From assembly GCA_015523325.1 (NCBI GenBank), contig WAKO01000015.1, positions 9,812 to 73,811 on the forward strand: a DNA stretch of 64,000 bases, written 5' to 3'. Under the pieces are notes generated by a model. It saw only the letters and a list, made by a program, of their open reading frames with translations, searched no databases and had not been told where the DNA came from. Source of the DNA: Candidatus Micrarchaeota archaeon. Lineage in GTDB: Archaea; Micrarchaeota; Micrarchaeia; Anstonellales; J096. This document shows, piece by piece, positions 48,146 through 56,913 of this stretch (its first letter is position 1; every line of letters begins with the position of its first letter). Position numbers and translations under genes: made by a program.

Positions 48146-49327
48146 CTAAATTAATCTTTCCACCCCATATAGGAAGAACTCTCCTCCTAGAATTATTGAT
48201 AAAGATCTTATAAAGGAAATCACTACTAAAGCAACCACAAAATAAAACATAAAGATGCCTACTGTAAAACCAATAAGAGCTTGTGAAAAAAGAGGGAAAA
48301 ACCTGCTTGAAAAAGCGCTATCAACCAAAAAGATTTGGTTTCCTGTAATATAAGACATTAACCCCCCATATGAAACTGCTTTTACCCCATTAATTAAAGA
48401 TGTTAGAGCTATTGAAGCAACATCAGAAATTATTGGAATCCCAATTAAAGCTGTTATGTTTAAAGTGTAAGCTGTTAAGGTTAAAGCCCTTGAGAAATAA
48501 GCAAAAGTTCTAAAAAATCCATTTATGAAATTTCCGTAGGAGAGGAGGGAATTTAAAGCTCCTGCCTCAGCCTTAGCATTATCAATTAGAGCAGTTATTC
48601 CAAGCAAAGAGTTGTCATCAAGTAATGAGTTCGTTATGTCTGAAGCCAAAACAACTGTCATAGGTAAAACTAAACCCGCCCCTATTCCAATAGCAACCAT
48701 TGTAGAGCCAAGCTTTCTGGTTAAAGAAAATGTCCTAAAAAATATTCCCAAAGGAATAAAGAACTTTATTGAAAAAAACTCAAAAATTAGCATTAACTGC
48801 TTAAGGCCAGACAAATAAGTTAAGTGGTCAAAAATGCTTGAATAAAATATTAATAATTTATCCAAAAGGATAGAGAAAGAAGAGGTCTGAAAGCTCCCTC
48901 CTACCTTAAACCCAATAGCTCTAAAAACAAAGCTTACAGAGTTTGAAACTGAGATGCTAGAAACAGTAGCTGCAGGAGGAATGTATTGGGAAACCAAATC
49001 ATACATTCTAAATAAAAAAGGGTTTATTATATTATCATCTATTTTAGAGATTGCTAGATCCACAAAAGAACTCTTAGGCTTTTGTAAAAAGTTTGAAGCT
49101 AAGCTATCAAAATAGTCCCAACCAACTGCAATAACTAGTAGTAAAACCAAGTTTAGGATTATGGTCTTAACTTCCTCTCTATAAGTTATTATCCCCCTTT
49201 CATTTCTTGAGACTAAATTAAAGTAATAGAGAGCTGTTGCAAAGGAGAGAGAGGCTACTGAAGCAACTAAGATTAAATCTGAATATTGGAGCATATCAAA
49301 AGGAGAGAGATTTGTCAAATGAGACAT
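48146..49327 (-). CDS. Polytopic membrane protein, paralog 1 (first gene of the locus)
   Basis: 393 aa. Signature RTFSLTRKLGSTMVAIGIGAGLVLP (nt 48662-48736) and C-terminal IILGGEFF. Confidence 0.8.
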   Translation of the reverse strand: MSHLTNLSPFDMLQYSDLILVASVASLSFATALYYFNLVSRNERGIITYREEVKTIILNLVLLLVIAVGWDYFDSLASNFLQKPKSSFVDLAISKIDDNIINPFLFRMYDLVSQYIPPAATVSSISVSNSVSFVFRAIGFKVGGSFQTSSFSILLDKLLIFYSSIFDHLTYLSGLKQLMLIFEFFSIKFFIPLGIFFRTFSLTRKLGSTMVAIGIGAGLVLPMTVVLASDITNSLLDDNSLLGITALIDNAKAEAGALNSLLSYGNFINGFFRTFAYFSRALTLTAYTLNITALIGIPIISDVASIALTSLINGVKAVSYGGLMSYITGNQIFLVDSAFSSRFFPLFSQALIGFTVGIFMFYFVVALVVISFIRSLSIILGGEFFLYGVERLI

Positions 49328-49402
49328 TAATTTAATTTCTAAGTTATTGTTTAAAAGCTCTATGTTTTAGCTTTGTTTTTTCTCTTCTCAAAAAAGAAAA
49401 CA

Positions 49403-50716
49403 TTAGAGATACATTATGGAGTTAGTTTCCTTATTTCCAGCTGGATAACCAAACACAAATAAAGCCTTCTTCAGCCCAACAGCTTTTTTTATTTCCTCTG
49501 CCCTCTCAAGCACTGGTTCATATTCCCTAACAACAGCCTCACAACCAAAGGTTAGGGAGAGGTGTTTTGCTGTCTTTTTGTTAGGAGTAACAACCATTAT
49601 AGGATTTTTTGGCCTGTATTTTGCTAGCTTTAGAGGGGTCGTTCCATGCATTGTTGGAGCTATTATGTTTACTCCTAAATCATTTGAGATGTTGGAGGCA
49701 TGTAAAGCAAACACATCCTTATAATCAAAAGTTTTTGGAGAAAAGCTTTCAAAGTGTTGCTCGTTCTCCTCTATAATCCTTGCCATAACTTTAACACTCT
49801 CTATTGGAAACTTTCCAACTGAGGTTTCTTCACTAAGCATTAAAGCATCAGCTCCATGGAATACTGCATTAGCAACATCACTAACCTCAGCCCTTGTTGG
49901 AAAAGGAGAATCAACCATGCTCTTTAACATGTGAGTTGCAACAATACTTATTTTTCCATAAGAATTAGTAAGCCTTATTATGTTTCTTTGAATGTTAGGG
50001 ACTTTTTCAAAAGGAATCTCCACTCCCAAATCTCCTCTAGCCACCATAACTCCAAAGCTATTTTCAACAATTTCCTTAAGCTTATCCACACTCAATTGAT
50101 TTTCAACCTTTGAAATTACTTTGAGAGGATAACCATCAATTATTCTCTTTACTTCTTCAATATCTTCTCTAGAGCTAACAAAAGAAACAGCTATAAAATC
50201 AAAATCATACTTTTTCATAACCTCAATATCCTCAATATCCTTTTTGCTCATGAATGAGATTTCCAACTCCCTTCCAGGAACATTTACTTTTCTCCTAGGA
50301 GTTATAACTCCATCCTCTAAGGCTTCAATAACTATTCCTTTAGTGTTTTCAACTACAACAAACTCCAATTTTCCATCATTTATTAATACTTTATCTCCCA
50401 ATTGAAGAGAATTTAGAGCTTCAGGATTTGTTACTCCTATATCCTCAATTAAGTTAAGCCTCTCTCCTTTCTTAAACACAACATCCTCCTTATTTGTTGT
50501 CCTTATTTCAGGCCCTCTAGTATCTCCAAGAAGGGATATCGTTTTCTTTAATTCCTCCTCCACCTCATCAATCATCTTCCTTACTTTTCTTGCTATTCTC
50601 TCATCAGCATGAGAGAAATTTATCCTTATTCCATTAGCATATTCACAAATTCCTAAGAATTTTTCAAAGTCCTCAATACTAGGCCCAAACGTTGCCAAAA
50701 TCTTAGTTTTTCTCAT
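49403..50716 (-). CDS. pyk: Pyruvate kinase
   Basis: 437 aa with MRKTKILATFGPS, NFSHA, GDTRGPEIRT, MVARGDLGVEIP and MLSEETSVGKFP. Confidence 0.92.
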   Translation of the reverse strand: MRKTKILATFGPSIEDFEKFLGICEYANGIRINFSHADERIARKVRKMIDEVEEELKKTISLLGDTRGPEIRTTNKEDVVFKKGERLNLIEDIGVTNPEALNSLQLGDKVLINDGKLEFVVVENTKGIVIEALEDGVITPRRKVNVPGRELEISFMSKKDIEDIEVMKKYDFDFIAVSFVSSREDIEEVKRIIDGYPLKVISKVENQLSVDKLKEIVENSFGVMVARGDLGVEIPFEKVPNIQRNIIRLTNSYGKISIVATHMLKSMVDSPFPTRAEVSDVANAVFHGADALMLSEETSVGKFPIESVKVMARIIEENEQHFESFSPKTFDYKDVFALHASNISNDLGVNIIAPTMHGTTPLKLAKYRPKNPIMVVTPNKKTAKHLSLTFGCEAVVREYEPVLERAEEIKKAVGLKKALFVFGYPAGNKETNSIMYL

Positions 50717-50802
50717 AGCTTAAGAAAGCTAGATAAAAGGTATTAAAATGCTTTCGCTTTTTTTGGATAAATGTCTAAAAAGGAGGAGTGGAGAAAGGGA
50801 AT

Positions 50803-51192
50803 TCAGTCTATTCTAAACTCAAACCATCTAACTTTCTTGTTTTTAATTGCTTGTTTAAGAGAACTTTGATTTGGATTTAGCTTGGAGGAAGAGGTTTTTA
50901 CCTCTATAAATACAACTTCTCTAACCTTGTTTTCATCCAATCCCACAAAAGCAATAAAATCAACAGGTTTCCCAAGAAATTTTAGCTCCCCTGGTTTAAA
51001 AGGAAAGTCTTTGAAAAAAGGAGAGAGTTGCTCATAAATACTTCCCTTTAAAACCGCCCTACTTAACTTCAAAGACTCCTTTAGCTTTTTGTTAAACCTT
51101 CTCAAAAGAAAAAAATAAGTGAGGAAAGCTGAAAATAAGGAAAAAAATAAAATTAAGAGAAAAACCTCAAATAGAGAAAATACTATTGCCAT
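50803..51192 (-). CDS. TM-anchored PD-(D/E)xK nuclease-like protein (COG4741-type, distantly Hjc-related)
   Basis: 129 aa with an N-terminal TM, then GKPVDFIAFVGLDENKVREVVFIEVKTSSSKLNPNQ (D...E-x-K arrangement). Confidence 0.55.
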   Translation of the reverse strand: MAIVFSLFEVFLLILFFSLFSAFLTYFFLLRRFNKKLKESLKLSRAVLKGSIYEQLSPFFKDFPFKPGELKFLGKPVDFIAFVGLDENKVREVVFIEVKTSSSKLNPNQSSLKQAIKNKKVRWFEFRID

Positions 51193-51206
51193 AATTTTCC
51201 TCCAAC

Positions 51207-52847
51207 CTAAGAGCTGAGGATGAATATTTTTTCTTTCTTATTATCTAACCTAGCAAACCCTATTCTTTCCAAGTGAACTATCTCTCCCTCTCTTATTTCC
51301 TTAATTGATTCCTCAACAAACCCTTTCTCTTGCTTTAAAGGATTTAGCTCTCCTTTTTCATTCAAAAGCTCTTCCACAATAAATAGAGTTGCCTCATTTA
51401 GAGAGGAAACCCATGGGATTGTTTTTAGAGAGCTAGAGCTTTCCCTACACCTCTTTCCAGAGCTTAAATCAAAGCAACCAATTCCTTTTAGATTTACTTT
51501 TCCTAGATTCAAATCTTCTTTTTCAATAAAAACAAAGCCCTTAACTCTCAAAGTTTTATTCCCTAAATGGGAGGAAGGGTGGAATGGAAGGGTTACTTCC
51601 CCATTAAAATCAATCTCAACTTTGACAGGGTTTCTTATGAACATTATCCTCTTAGCTATTGGATCTAGAACCTTTCTATTCTCTTTTAATAGAAAGGAGA
51701 GGTCCACAACCTTTTCTTGCTTTCCAATTCCAAACCTTAAAGCAAAGTTCTTAATTGCTAGCTTATGAATTCCTCTCCTCCTAAGCCCTCTTATAGTTAA
51801 AAGCCTAGGGTCATCCCAACCACTAACTTTGGAGGACTCAACCAAAGGTTTTAGCAATCTCTTACTAACAACAGCTCCTTTAACTTTAAGCCTAGAAAAA
51901 TGAATTAGCTTTGGCTTCTTCATCCCCAACTTCTCCAATATATCATAATAAAGCTTTTCTCTAAGCTCATACTCTTTGCTCCTCATCGCTAAAGTGACAT
52001 GGAGGCTGTCTAAAATTGGAGTTACAAAATCATAGCTAGGCCAAACCAAATACTTTGTTGATTGTCTGTAGTGGGGGGTTGTTATAACCCTAAACATTGT
52101 TGGATCTCTTAAAGCTGTGTTTTCACTGCTTAACTCTCCCTTCCAAAGCACAACAGCCTCTCCTTCCTCAAAATAACCTTCCAACATTTTATCAAATAAC
52201 TCAAGGTTTTTTTCAGGAGGGGAGCTTCTTTCAGGGAGAGGAATGCTTTTAGCTCTACTCTCCCTTATTTTTTCCAAAGGAGAGGTTGAAACATACATAA
52301 ACCCTTTTTCAATCAAATACCTTGCCCTTTCATAAAAGAACTCCATAAAATCTGAAGTGAAATACTCCTTATCCCACCTAATTTCCAACCACTCTAAATC
52401 CTCTCTTATTGCTTTTACAAATTCCTCTTTCTCATTTTTAGGGTTTGTGTCATCAAACCTAAGCAAAAACTTCCCATTATTTTGCTTTGCAATCTCATAG
52501 CTTAAAAAAGCTGCTTTAGCATGGCCAATATGCAAATACCCAGAAGGTTCAGGAGCAAACCTTGTTATTGCATTCTCAAACTCAAGTATTTTTTCCTTTT
52601 CCTTTCTTTTTCTAAACTCATAGGAGGAGAGAAGCTCCCCTATTTTTTCTTTTCCTTGCTCTTTTGCAATGGTATTAACTTCTTCAACAACTCCCCTAAC
52701 AATTTCAACAACTTCCTTTGGAGAGAAGGGGAGGGATTTCTCCTTTAACTCCCCAATAACTTTTGGAACAACAAACTTTGGATTTGCTTCTCCATAATCA
52801 TAGCAGTTCTTTAGAGCATACTTCTTAGCTATTTCCTCAATCTTCAT
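51207..52847 (-). CDS. gltX: Glutamyl-tRNA synthetase (archaeal/eukaryotic type)
   Basis: 546 aa with RFAPEPSGYLHIGHAKAA (HIGH), LRFDDTNP and VVSKR (KMSKS-like). Confidence 0.9.
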   Translation of the reverse strand: MKIEEIAKKYALKNCYDYGEANPKFVVPKVIGELKEKSLPFSPKEVVEIVRGVVEEVNTIAKEQGKEKIGELLSSYEFRKRKEKEKILEFENAITRFAPEPSGYLHIGHAKAAFLSYEIAKQNNGKFLLRFDDTNPKNEKEEFVKAIREDLEWLEIRWDKEYFTSDFMEFFYERARYLIEKGFMYVSTSPLEKIRESRAKSIPLPERSSPPEKNLELFDKMLEGYFEEGEAVVLWKGELSSENTALRDPTMFRVITTPHYRQSTKYLVWPSYDFVTPILDSLHVTLAMRSKEYELREKLYYDILEKLGMKKPKLIHFSRLKVKGAVVSKRLLKPLVESSKVSGWDDPRLLTIRGLRRRGIHKLAIKNFALRFGIGKQEKVVDLSFLLKENRKVLDPIAKRIMFIRNPVKVEIDFNGEVTLPFHPSSHLGNKTLRVKGFVFIEKEDLNLGKVNLKGIGCFDLSSGKRCRESSSSLKTIPWVSSLNEATLFIVEELLNEKGELNPLKQEKGFVEESIKEIREGEIVHLERIGFARLDNKKEKIFILSS

Positions 52848-53305
52848 TCCAATACCTCCTCTAAGAGCTTTGAATATCTCTTAGCTAAATTAAAGGGAAC
52901 TCCTAAAAATATTAATGAATAAACTTTCTCTCTATAACTCCTAACCTCATCAACAGACCTTGATAAGCTTGCTGGAAAGAAAGGAAGTCCATATTTAAGC
53001 AGCAAAGAAATGTAAATTCTTAACCTTTCAATAGCTTTGCTTTTCTCTATTCCTCTTTTATAATAAATAAAATCCAAACCAATTAAAATTAGAGCTCTCC
53101 TCCTTTCAGCGACTTTTTTTAGAATTCCTCTATCTAAGGAGTAAGAGGGATCATAAAGAAAAGCTCTCCTAGAGGAAAACCTCAAAAAATCTTTCGTTTT
53201 TGTTTCAATAACCTTTTTCTTCTTCTTTAACTCCTCTAGAGATAAAAAGTACGGGCTAGAGCTCTCAAACCTCACAATATCCTTTATCATATAGCTAATA
53301 AGCAA
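52844..53305 (-). CDS. rnp3: RNase P protein component 3 (Rpp30-like), shortened
   Basis: 153 aa. From memory, the C-terminal two-thirds aligns with Pyrococcus Rpp30 (ALILIGLDF...LLLKYGLPFFPASLSRSVDEVRSYREKVYSLIFLGVPFNLAK). It sits next to rpl15e, as in other archaea. Confidence 0.5.
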   Translation of the reverse strand: MLISYMIKDIVRFESSSPYFLSLEELKKKKKVIETKTKDFLRFSSRRAFLYDPSYSLDRGILKKVAERRRALILIGLDFIYYKRGIEKSKAIERLRIYISLLLKYGLPFFPASLSRSVDEVRSYREKVYSLIFLGVPFNLAKRYSKLLEEVLE

Positions 53306-53362
53306 ATAAAAAGTTAAAAAAGAAAGCTTGAATAAGATTTAAGCTTTTATTCTTTAGGAGGC

Positions 53363-53935
53363 TTACTTCTTTTTATGCATTAACTTCTTTTCCTTCTTTT
53401 TGCTTCCTTTTCTTTGCTTTCTTCTTCCTTTTGCAAGCAATCCTCTAGCTTTTCTTCCTGCAGAGGTTAAGCCCCTAAAAGCCCTTCCTACTCTTGAAAC
53501 AATCTTCTTTAAGTACTCTCCCAAATCAGGGCTCTTTCTATCTGCTAGAATAACTTCAAAGTATTTGTATTGGCCATCCTCTCCAACCCAATAGCTATTT
53601 ATTACTTCAGCATTTCTATGCTTTCTTGCTGCTCTTTGCTCAGCAATTGCTTGAAGAGAGAGTTTTTGTTGAGTGTAGAGATAAGCGTGCCTTGCTTTTC
53701 TTCCCCCTCTTGGTTTTTTCCTTTTTCTCAAACCCTTTCCAATCCTAACCCTAACTATGAAAACTCCTTTTTTTGGTTTCCATCCTAAAGAGCGTGCTCT
53801 TGCTAAATTTGTAGGTCTTTCAACTCTCACAATACTTCCTTCTTTTCTCCATTTTATTAGTCTTGCCCTATACTCAGGGCTTCTCTCTTTATATTCTTGT
53901 TGAAGAGTCTCTCTAATATATTTATAAGCTCCCAT
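53363..53935 (-). CDS. rpl15e: 50S ribosomal protein L15e
   Basis: MGAYKYIRETLQQEYKERSPEYRARLIKWRKEGSIVRVERPTNLARARSLGWKPKKG. Confidence 0.93.
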   Translation of the reverse strand: MGAYKYIRETLQQEYKERSPEYRARLIKWRKEGSIVRVERPTNLARARSLGWKPKKGVFIVRVRIGKGLRKRKKPRGGRKARHAYLYTQQKLSLQAIAEQRAARKHRNAEVINSYWVGEDGQYKYFEVILADRKSPDLGEYLKKIVSRVGRAFRGLTSAGRKARGLLAKGRRKQRKGSKKKEKKLMHKKK

Positions 53936-53953
53936 AAAATCCCTCCTTAGCTT

Positions 53954-54286
53954 TTAGCTTTCTCCTTCTTTTTCCTCCATAATGCTTAAAATAGCATCTG
54001 CTACTCTTCCTTCAGCCTTCTTTAAGGCTTCTACAGCCTTTTCTCTACTCACATTGGTTTCTTTCATTATTAAGGAGATGTCCTCCTCATTAAGGCTTTC
54101 TTCAAACCTCTCCTCCCCAACAATTTGGTAGGAGGTTTTTCCCTTAACCTTTAATGCCACAACAACTGGCTTTTCAATAACTATTTTCCCTTCCTCAAGC
54201 TCAATAACCACTTTTTTTGCATTGAGCTCTTCTTGCTTTATGTTCATCTTTTTCATTAGCTCTTGCATTTGCTTAGGATTTAGCAT
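53954..54286 (-). CDS. nac: Nascent polypeptide-associated complex protein (NAC alpha, with UBA)
   Basis: 110 aa. NAC domain KVVIELEEGKIVIEKPVVVALKVKGKTSYQIVGE and C-terminal UBA EEDISLIMKETNVSREKAVEALKKAEG. Confidence 0.85.
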   Translation of the reverse strand: MLNPKQMQELMKKMNIKQEELNAKKVVIELEEGKIVIEKPVVVALKVKGKTSYQIVGEERFEESLNEEDISLIMKETNVSREKAVEALKKAEGRVADAILSIMEEKEGES

Positions 54287-54875
54287 TATTAAAAACCTCC
54301 TTTAACTCACTTTTCTTAACTTCTATGCTCTCAACAGGGTTTATTATGTTTGTTGCCTTAAAGATTTCATTTGCAACTCTCCTATCAAATATAGCTTTCA
54401 ACAAATCATAATAATTTCTGGAAGAAGCTGATTTTATTACTTGTTCAACCAAAGCTTTTCTAAGGTTTTTCTTAACAACAGCACTAACCTTTGCTTTTGT
54501 TACTAGCAAAAGCTTAAGCCTAACTTGCCTTCCATCTTTTGTTGTTACATCCACAACCTCATGGATAACGCTTCTCCTCCTTCTTGCTAAGGACTTTAAG
54601 TATGCAAAGCTCATATAATGCCCTATCATCTCAGAGTAAGCTTTCTCTCCCTTAACATCCACAACTCTAAGCCTAACATTTGTGTAAAGAGCATACCTAT
54701 TCATTTTGCCTGTTAAATCCGAAAGAGGGATGTTTACAACTCTATTTATTAAATTAGATGGATTTGAAGAAATTATTTGAGCTAGCTCTTTTCTTTCAAA
54801 AGCTTCAGGAGCTAAAACTGAATACCATTTCTTTAACTTCCATTTATCCACCACTTTCCTTCTTTTCTTAACCAT
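54273..54875 (-). CDS. rps3ae: 30S ribosomal protein S3Ae (eS1)
   Basis: 200 aa with VVDKWKLKKWYSVLAPEAF... in the typical eS1 pattern. Confidence 0.88.
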   Translation of the reverse strand: MVKKRRKVVDKWKLKKWYSVLAPEAFERKELAQIISSNPSNLINRVVNIPLSDLTGKMNRYALYTNVRLRVVDVKGEKAYSEMIGHYMSFAYLKSLARRRRSVIHEVVDVTTKDGRQVRLKLLLVTKAKVSAVVKKNLRKALVEQVIKSASSRNYYDLLKAIFDRRVANEIFKATNIINPVESIEVKKSELKEVFNNAKS

Positions 54876-54915
54876 TAAACCACTCTCCTAAAACCTCCTA
54901 AAACTTAACTAAAAT

Positions 54916-55371
54916 TTATCTTACTAAAAGCATAACTCTTTCAATACTGTAGTTCCAATCCTTTGGAACCTTTCCAACCCTCTTATAATACCTTAAAAGC
55001 CTATGTATTTTGCTCTCAATGTGGGAAAACTTAACCCTATTATGAATATCTTTTTTGTGTTGCTTTAAGTGCTCATACATCCTAACAGCTTTTGAAAAGA
55101 GGTTTAACAAATCCTCAGGAAATGTTTTATAGAGGTTCTCCTCCTCCAAGTACTGAACAAGCTTTTTTCCTGTTTGTGCTTTAAAGCTAGGAACCCCATA
55201 CTCATCTCTTAAAATAAGCCCTATTTGAGAAGGAGGAACACCTTTTTGATAGAGGTTTCTAACTATTTCCTTAATTTTTTCCTCCCCTAATTCAACAAAC
55301 TCTGCTTTTTCCTTCCTCTTTGCTCTTTTTCTCTTGCTTTTTCCTTTCTTCTTTGAATGCAATCTAGCCAT
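54916..55371 (-). CDS. rps15: 30S ribosomal protein S15 (uS15/S13e)
   Basis: 151 aa starting MARLHSKKKGKSKRKR, with PPSQIGLILRDEYGVP and HRLLRYYK. Confidence 0.9.
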   Translation of the reverse strand: MARLHSKKKGKSKRKRAKRKEKAEFVELGEEKIKEIVRNLYQKGVPPSQIGLILRDEYGVPSFKAQTGKKLVQYLEEENLYKTFPEDLLNLFSKAVRMYEHLKQHKKDIHNRVKFSHIESKIHRLLRYYKRVGKVPKDWNYSIERVMLLVR

Positions 55372-55522
55372 GAATATCCCTCAATAGCAAAATATGAAAC
55401 TGACTTAAATAGAATACCCCTAGGTTTTTTAAAGCTTTATGATTAAGAGTAGAGCAAATTCAACCTTCTTAAAACCAATTCCCTTAAAAAGGAAAAAAGG
55501 AAAATGGAAAAGGAGGGGAAAA

Positions 55523-56188
55523 ATGAAAGTAGAAATAAAGGAAACTTCTTGTGGAAAGTTTATGGAGGTTTTTTTAAAAGAAGGGGAAGAATTTCACACA
55601 CAACCAGGCTCTATAATATCTTATGAAGGAAACCTTGAAATAGAAGCTAATATACAAGGAGGTCTTATAGGAGGGGTTTTAAGAAGCTTTGGAGGAGAGA
55701 GCATATTCATAACAACTCTAAAAGCACTAGGAGATTCATTAGTTAAAATTTCTCCCTCAATTCCCTCAGAAATAGTAGAGATAAACCTAAATGGAGGGCT
55801 TATTATAGGAGATGGCTCCTACCTAGCCCATTCTGGAGATATAGAGGTTAGTGGAAAGTTTGGAGGGATAACTGCTTTATCAGCAGGTAGTGGAGTTATA
55901 TTTTTACATGCACAAGGAGAGGGAAAGCTCTATTTAAACGCTCCAGAGAGCTTAATTGAGAGAGAGCTCTCAGAAGGAGAAGTCATTTATGTTGACAACT
56001 CCTCTTTTATAGCTTGTGAAGATGGAATGGAGATTGAAAAGGTGTTGATAGGAAAGGGGATAATTGGAAAGTTGTTTAGTGGAGAAGGGGTGTTCTTTAA
56101 AATTTCAGGGCCTGGAAAGCTATATTACTCAACAAAAAGTCCAAGAGGGCTTGCTTCAGCAATATCCCGTTATTTGCCAAAGCCATAA
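55523..56188 (+). CDS. AIM24/DUF124 family protein (TIGR00266-like)
   Basis: MKVEIKETSCGKFMEVFLKEGEEFHTQPGSIISYEGNLEIEA.... ATG 55523 is preceded by aggagggg. The track start 55439 adds an implausible basic leader. Confidence 0.7.
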   Translation: MKVEIKETSCGKFMEVFLKEGEEFHTQPGSIISYEGNLEIEANIQGGLIGGVLRSFGGESIFITTLKALGDSLVKISPSIPSEIVEINLNGGLIIGDGSYLAHSGDIEVSGKFGGITALSAGSGVIFLHAQGEGKLYLNAPESLIERELSEGEVIYVDNSSFIACEDGMEIEKVLIGKGIIGKLFSGEGVFFKISGPGKLYYSTKSPRGLASAISRYLPKP

Positions 56189-56278
56189 AAGCCAAAAAAA
56201 GAGTTAGGACCATAAGAGGCCTTAAAAACCTTAAAAAATTTAAAACAATTTTTAAAACAATTTTGGAGAAAATTAATT

Positions 56279-56824
56279 ATGGTAGTATTAATTATAATAG
56301 GAATAATTCTAGTGCTAGTTGTATATGGAATTTGGGAATACAACAACTTAGTTAGGCTTAAAGAAGAAGCAAAAAATGCTTGGGCTCAAATAGATGTTCA
56401 ATTAAAGAGGAGAGCTGATTTAATTCCAAGCTTAGTTAATACTGTTAAAGGTTATGTAAAGCATGAGAAAAATCTTCTAACAAAGATTACTGAATTGAGG
56501 TCCAAAATAATTAGTGGGACTCCTCAAGAAAGAGTTAAGGCAAATAACATACTAAGCGATACTTTAAAGAGTTTGTTTGCTGTTGTTGAGAATTATCCTG
56601 ATTTAAAAGCAAACCAAAACTTCTTAGCATTACAGGAAGAACTTGTAAATACAGAGAATAAAGTAGCTTATGCAAGACAAGCTTACAATGATGCAATTTA
56701 TAGCTATAATGTTAAAGTAAAATACTTTCCCTCTAGGCTTATCGCATCTCTGGCAGGATTTAAAGAGATGGAGTATTTGGAAGTAGAGGAGAGTGCAAAA
56801 GCTCCTCCAAAGATTGAGTTCTAA
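56279..56824 (+). CDS. lemA: LemA family protein
   Basis: 181 aa with an N-terminal TM, YNNLVRLKEEAKNAWAQIDVQLKRRADLIP and ENYPDLKANQNF. Confidence 0.9.
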   Translation: MVVLIIIGIILVLVVYGIWEYNNLVRLKEEAKNAWAQIDVQLKRRADLIPSLVNTVKGYVKHEKNLLTKITELRSKIISGTPQERVKANNILSDTLKSLFAVVENYPDLKANQNFLALQEELVNTENKVAYARQAYNDAIYSYNVKVKYFPSRLIASLAGFKEMEYLEVEESAKAPPKIEF

Positions 56825-56913
56825 GCCTTAAAAGCACTAAAAGCACTTAAGTTTTATTAGTGTGACATTGGTGTGAGATAACCTAAAGGAAAGCAAAGAA
56901 CAAAGGGATCCTC

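Noticed and set aside
55439-55522. Long basic N-terminal leader of the AIM24-like ORF (MIKSRANSTFLKPIPLKRKKGKWKRRGK)
   Set aside because: The internal ATG 55523 has a strong aggagggg SD-like element and matches the usual family N-terminus, so the leader is probably untranslated.
56825-56913. Direct repeat aaaagcact-aaaagcact and gtgtga-like motifs between lemA and htpX, considered as a possible sRNA
   Set aside because: The repeat is too short. There is no box C/D or H/ACA architecture and no stable stem, so it is likely just intergenic AT-rich sequence.
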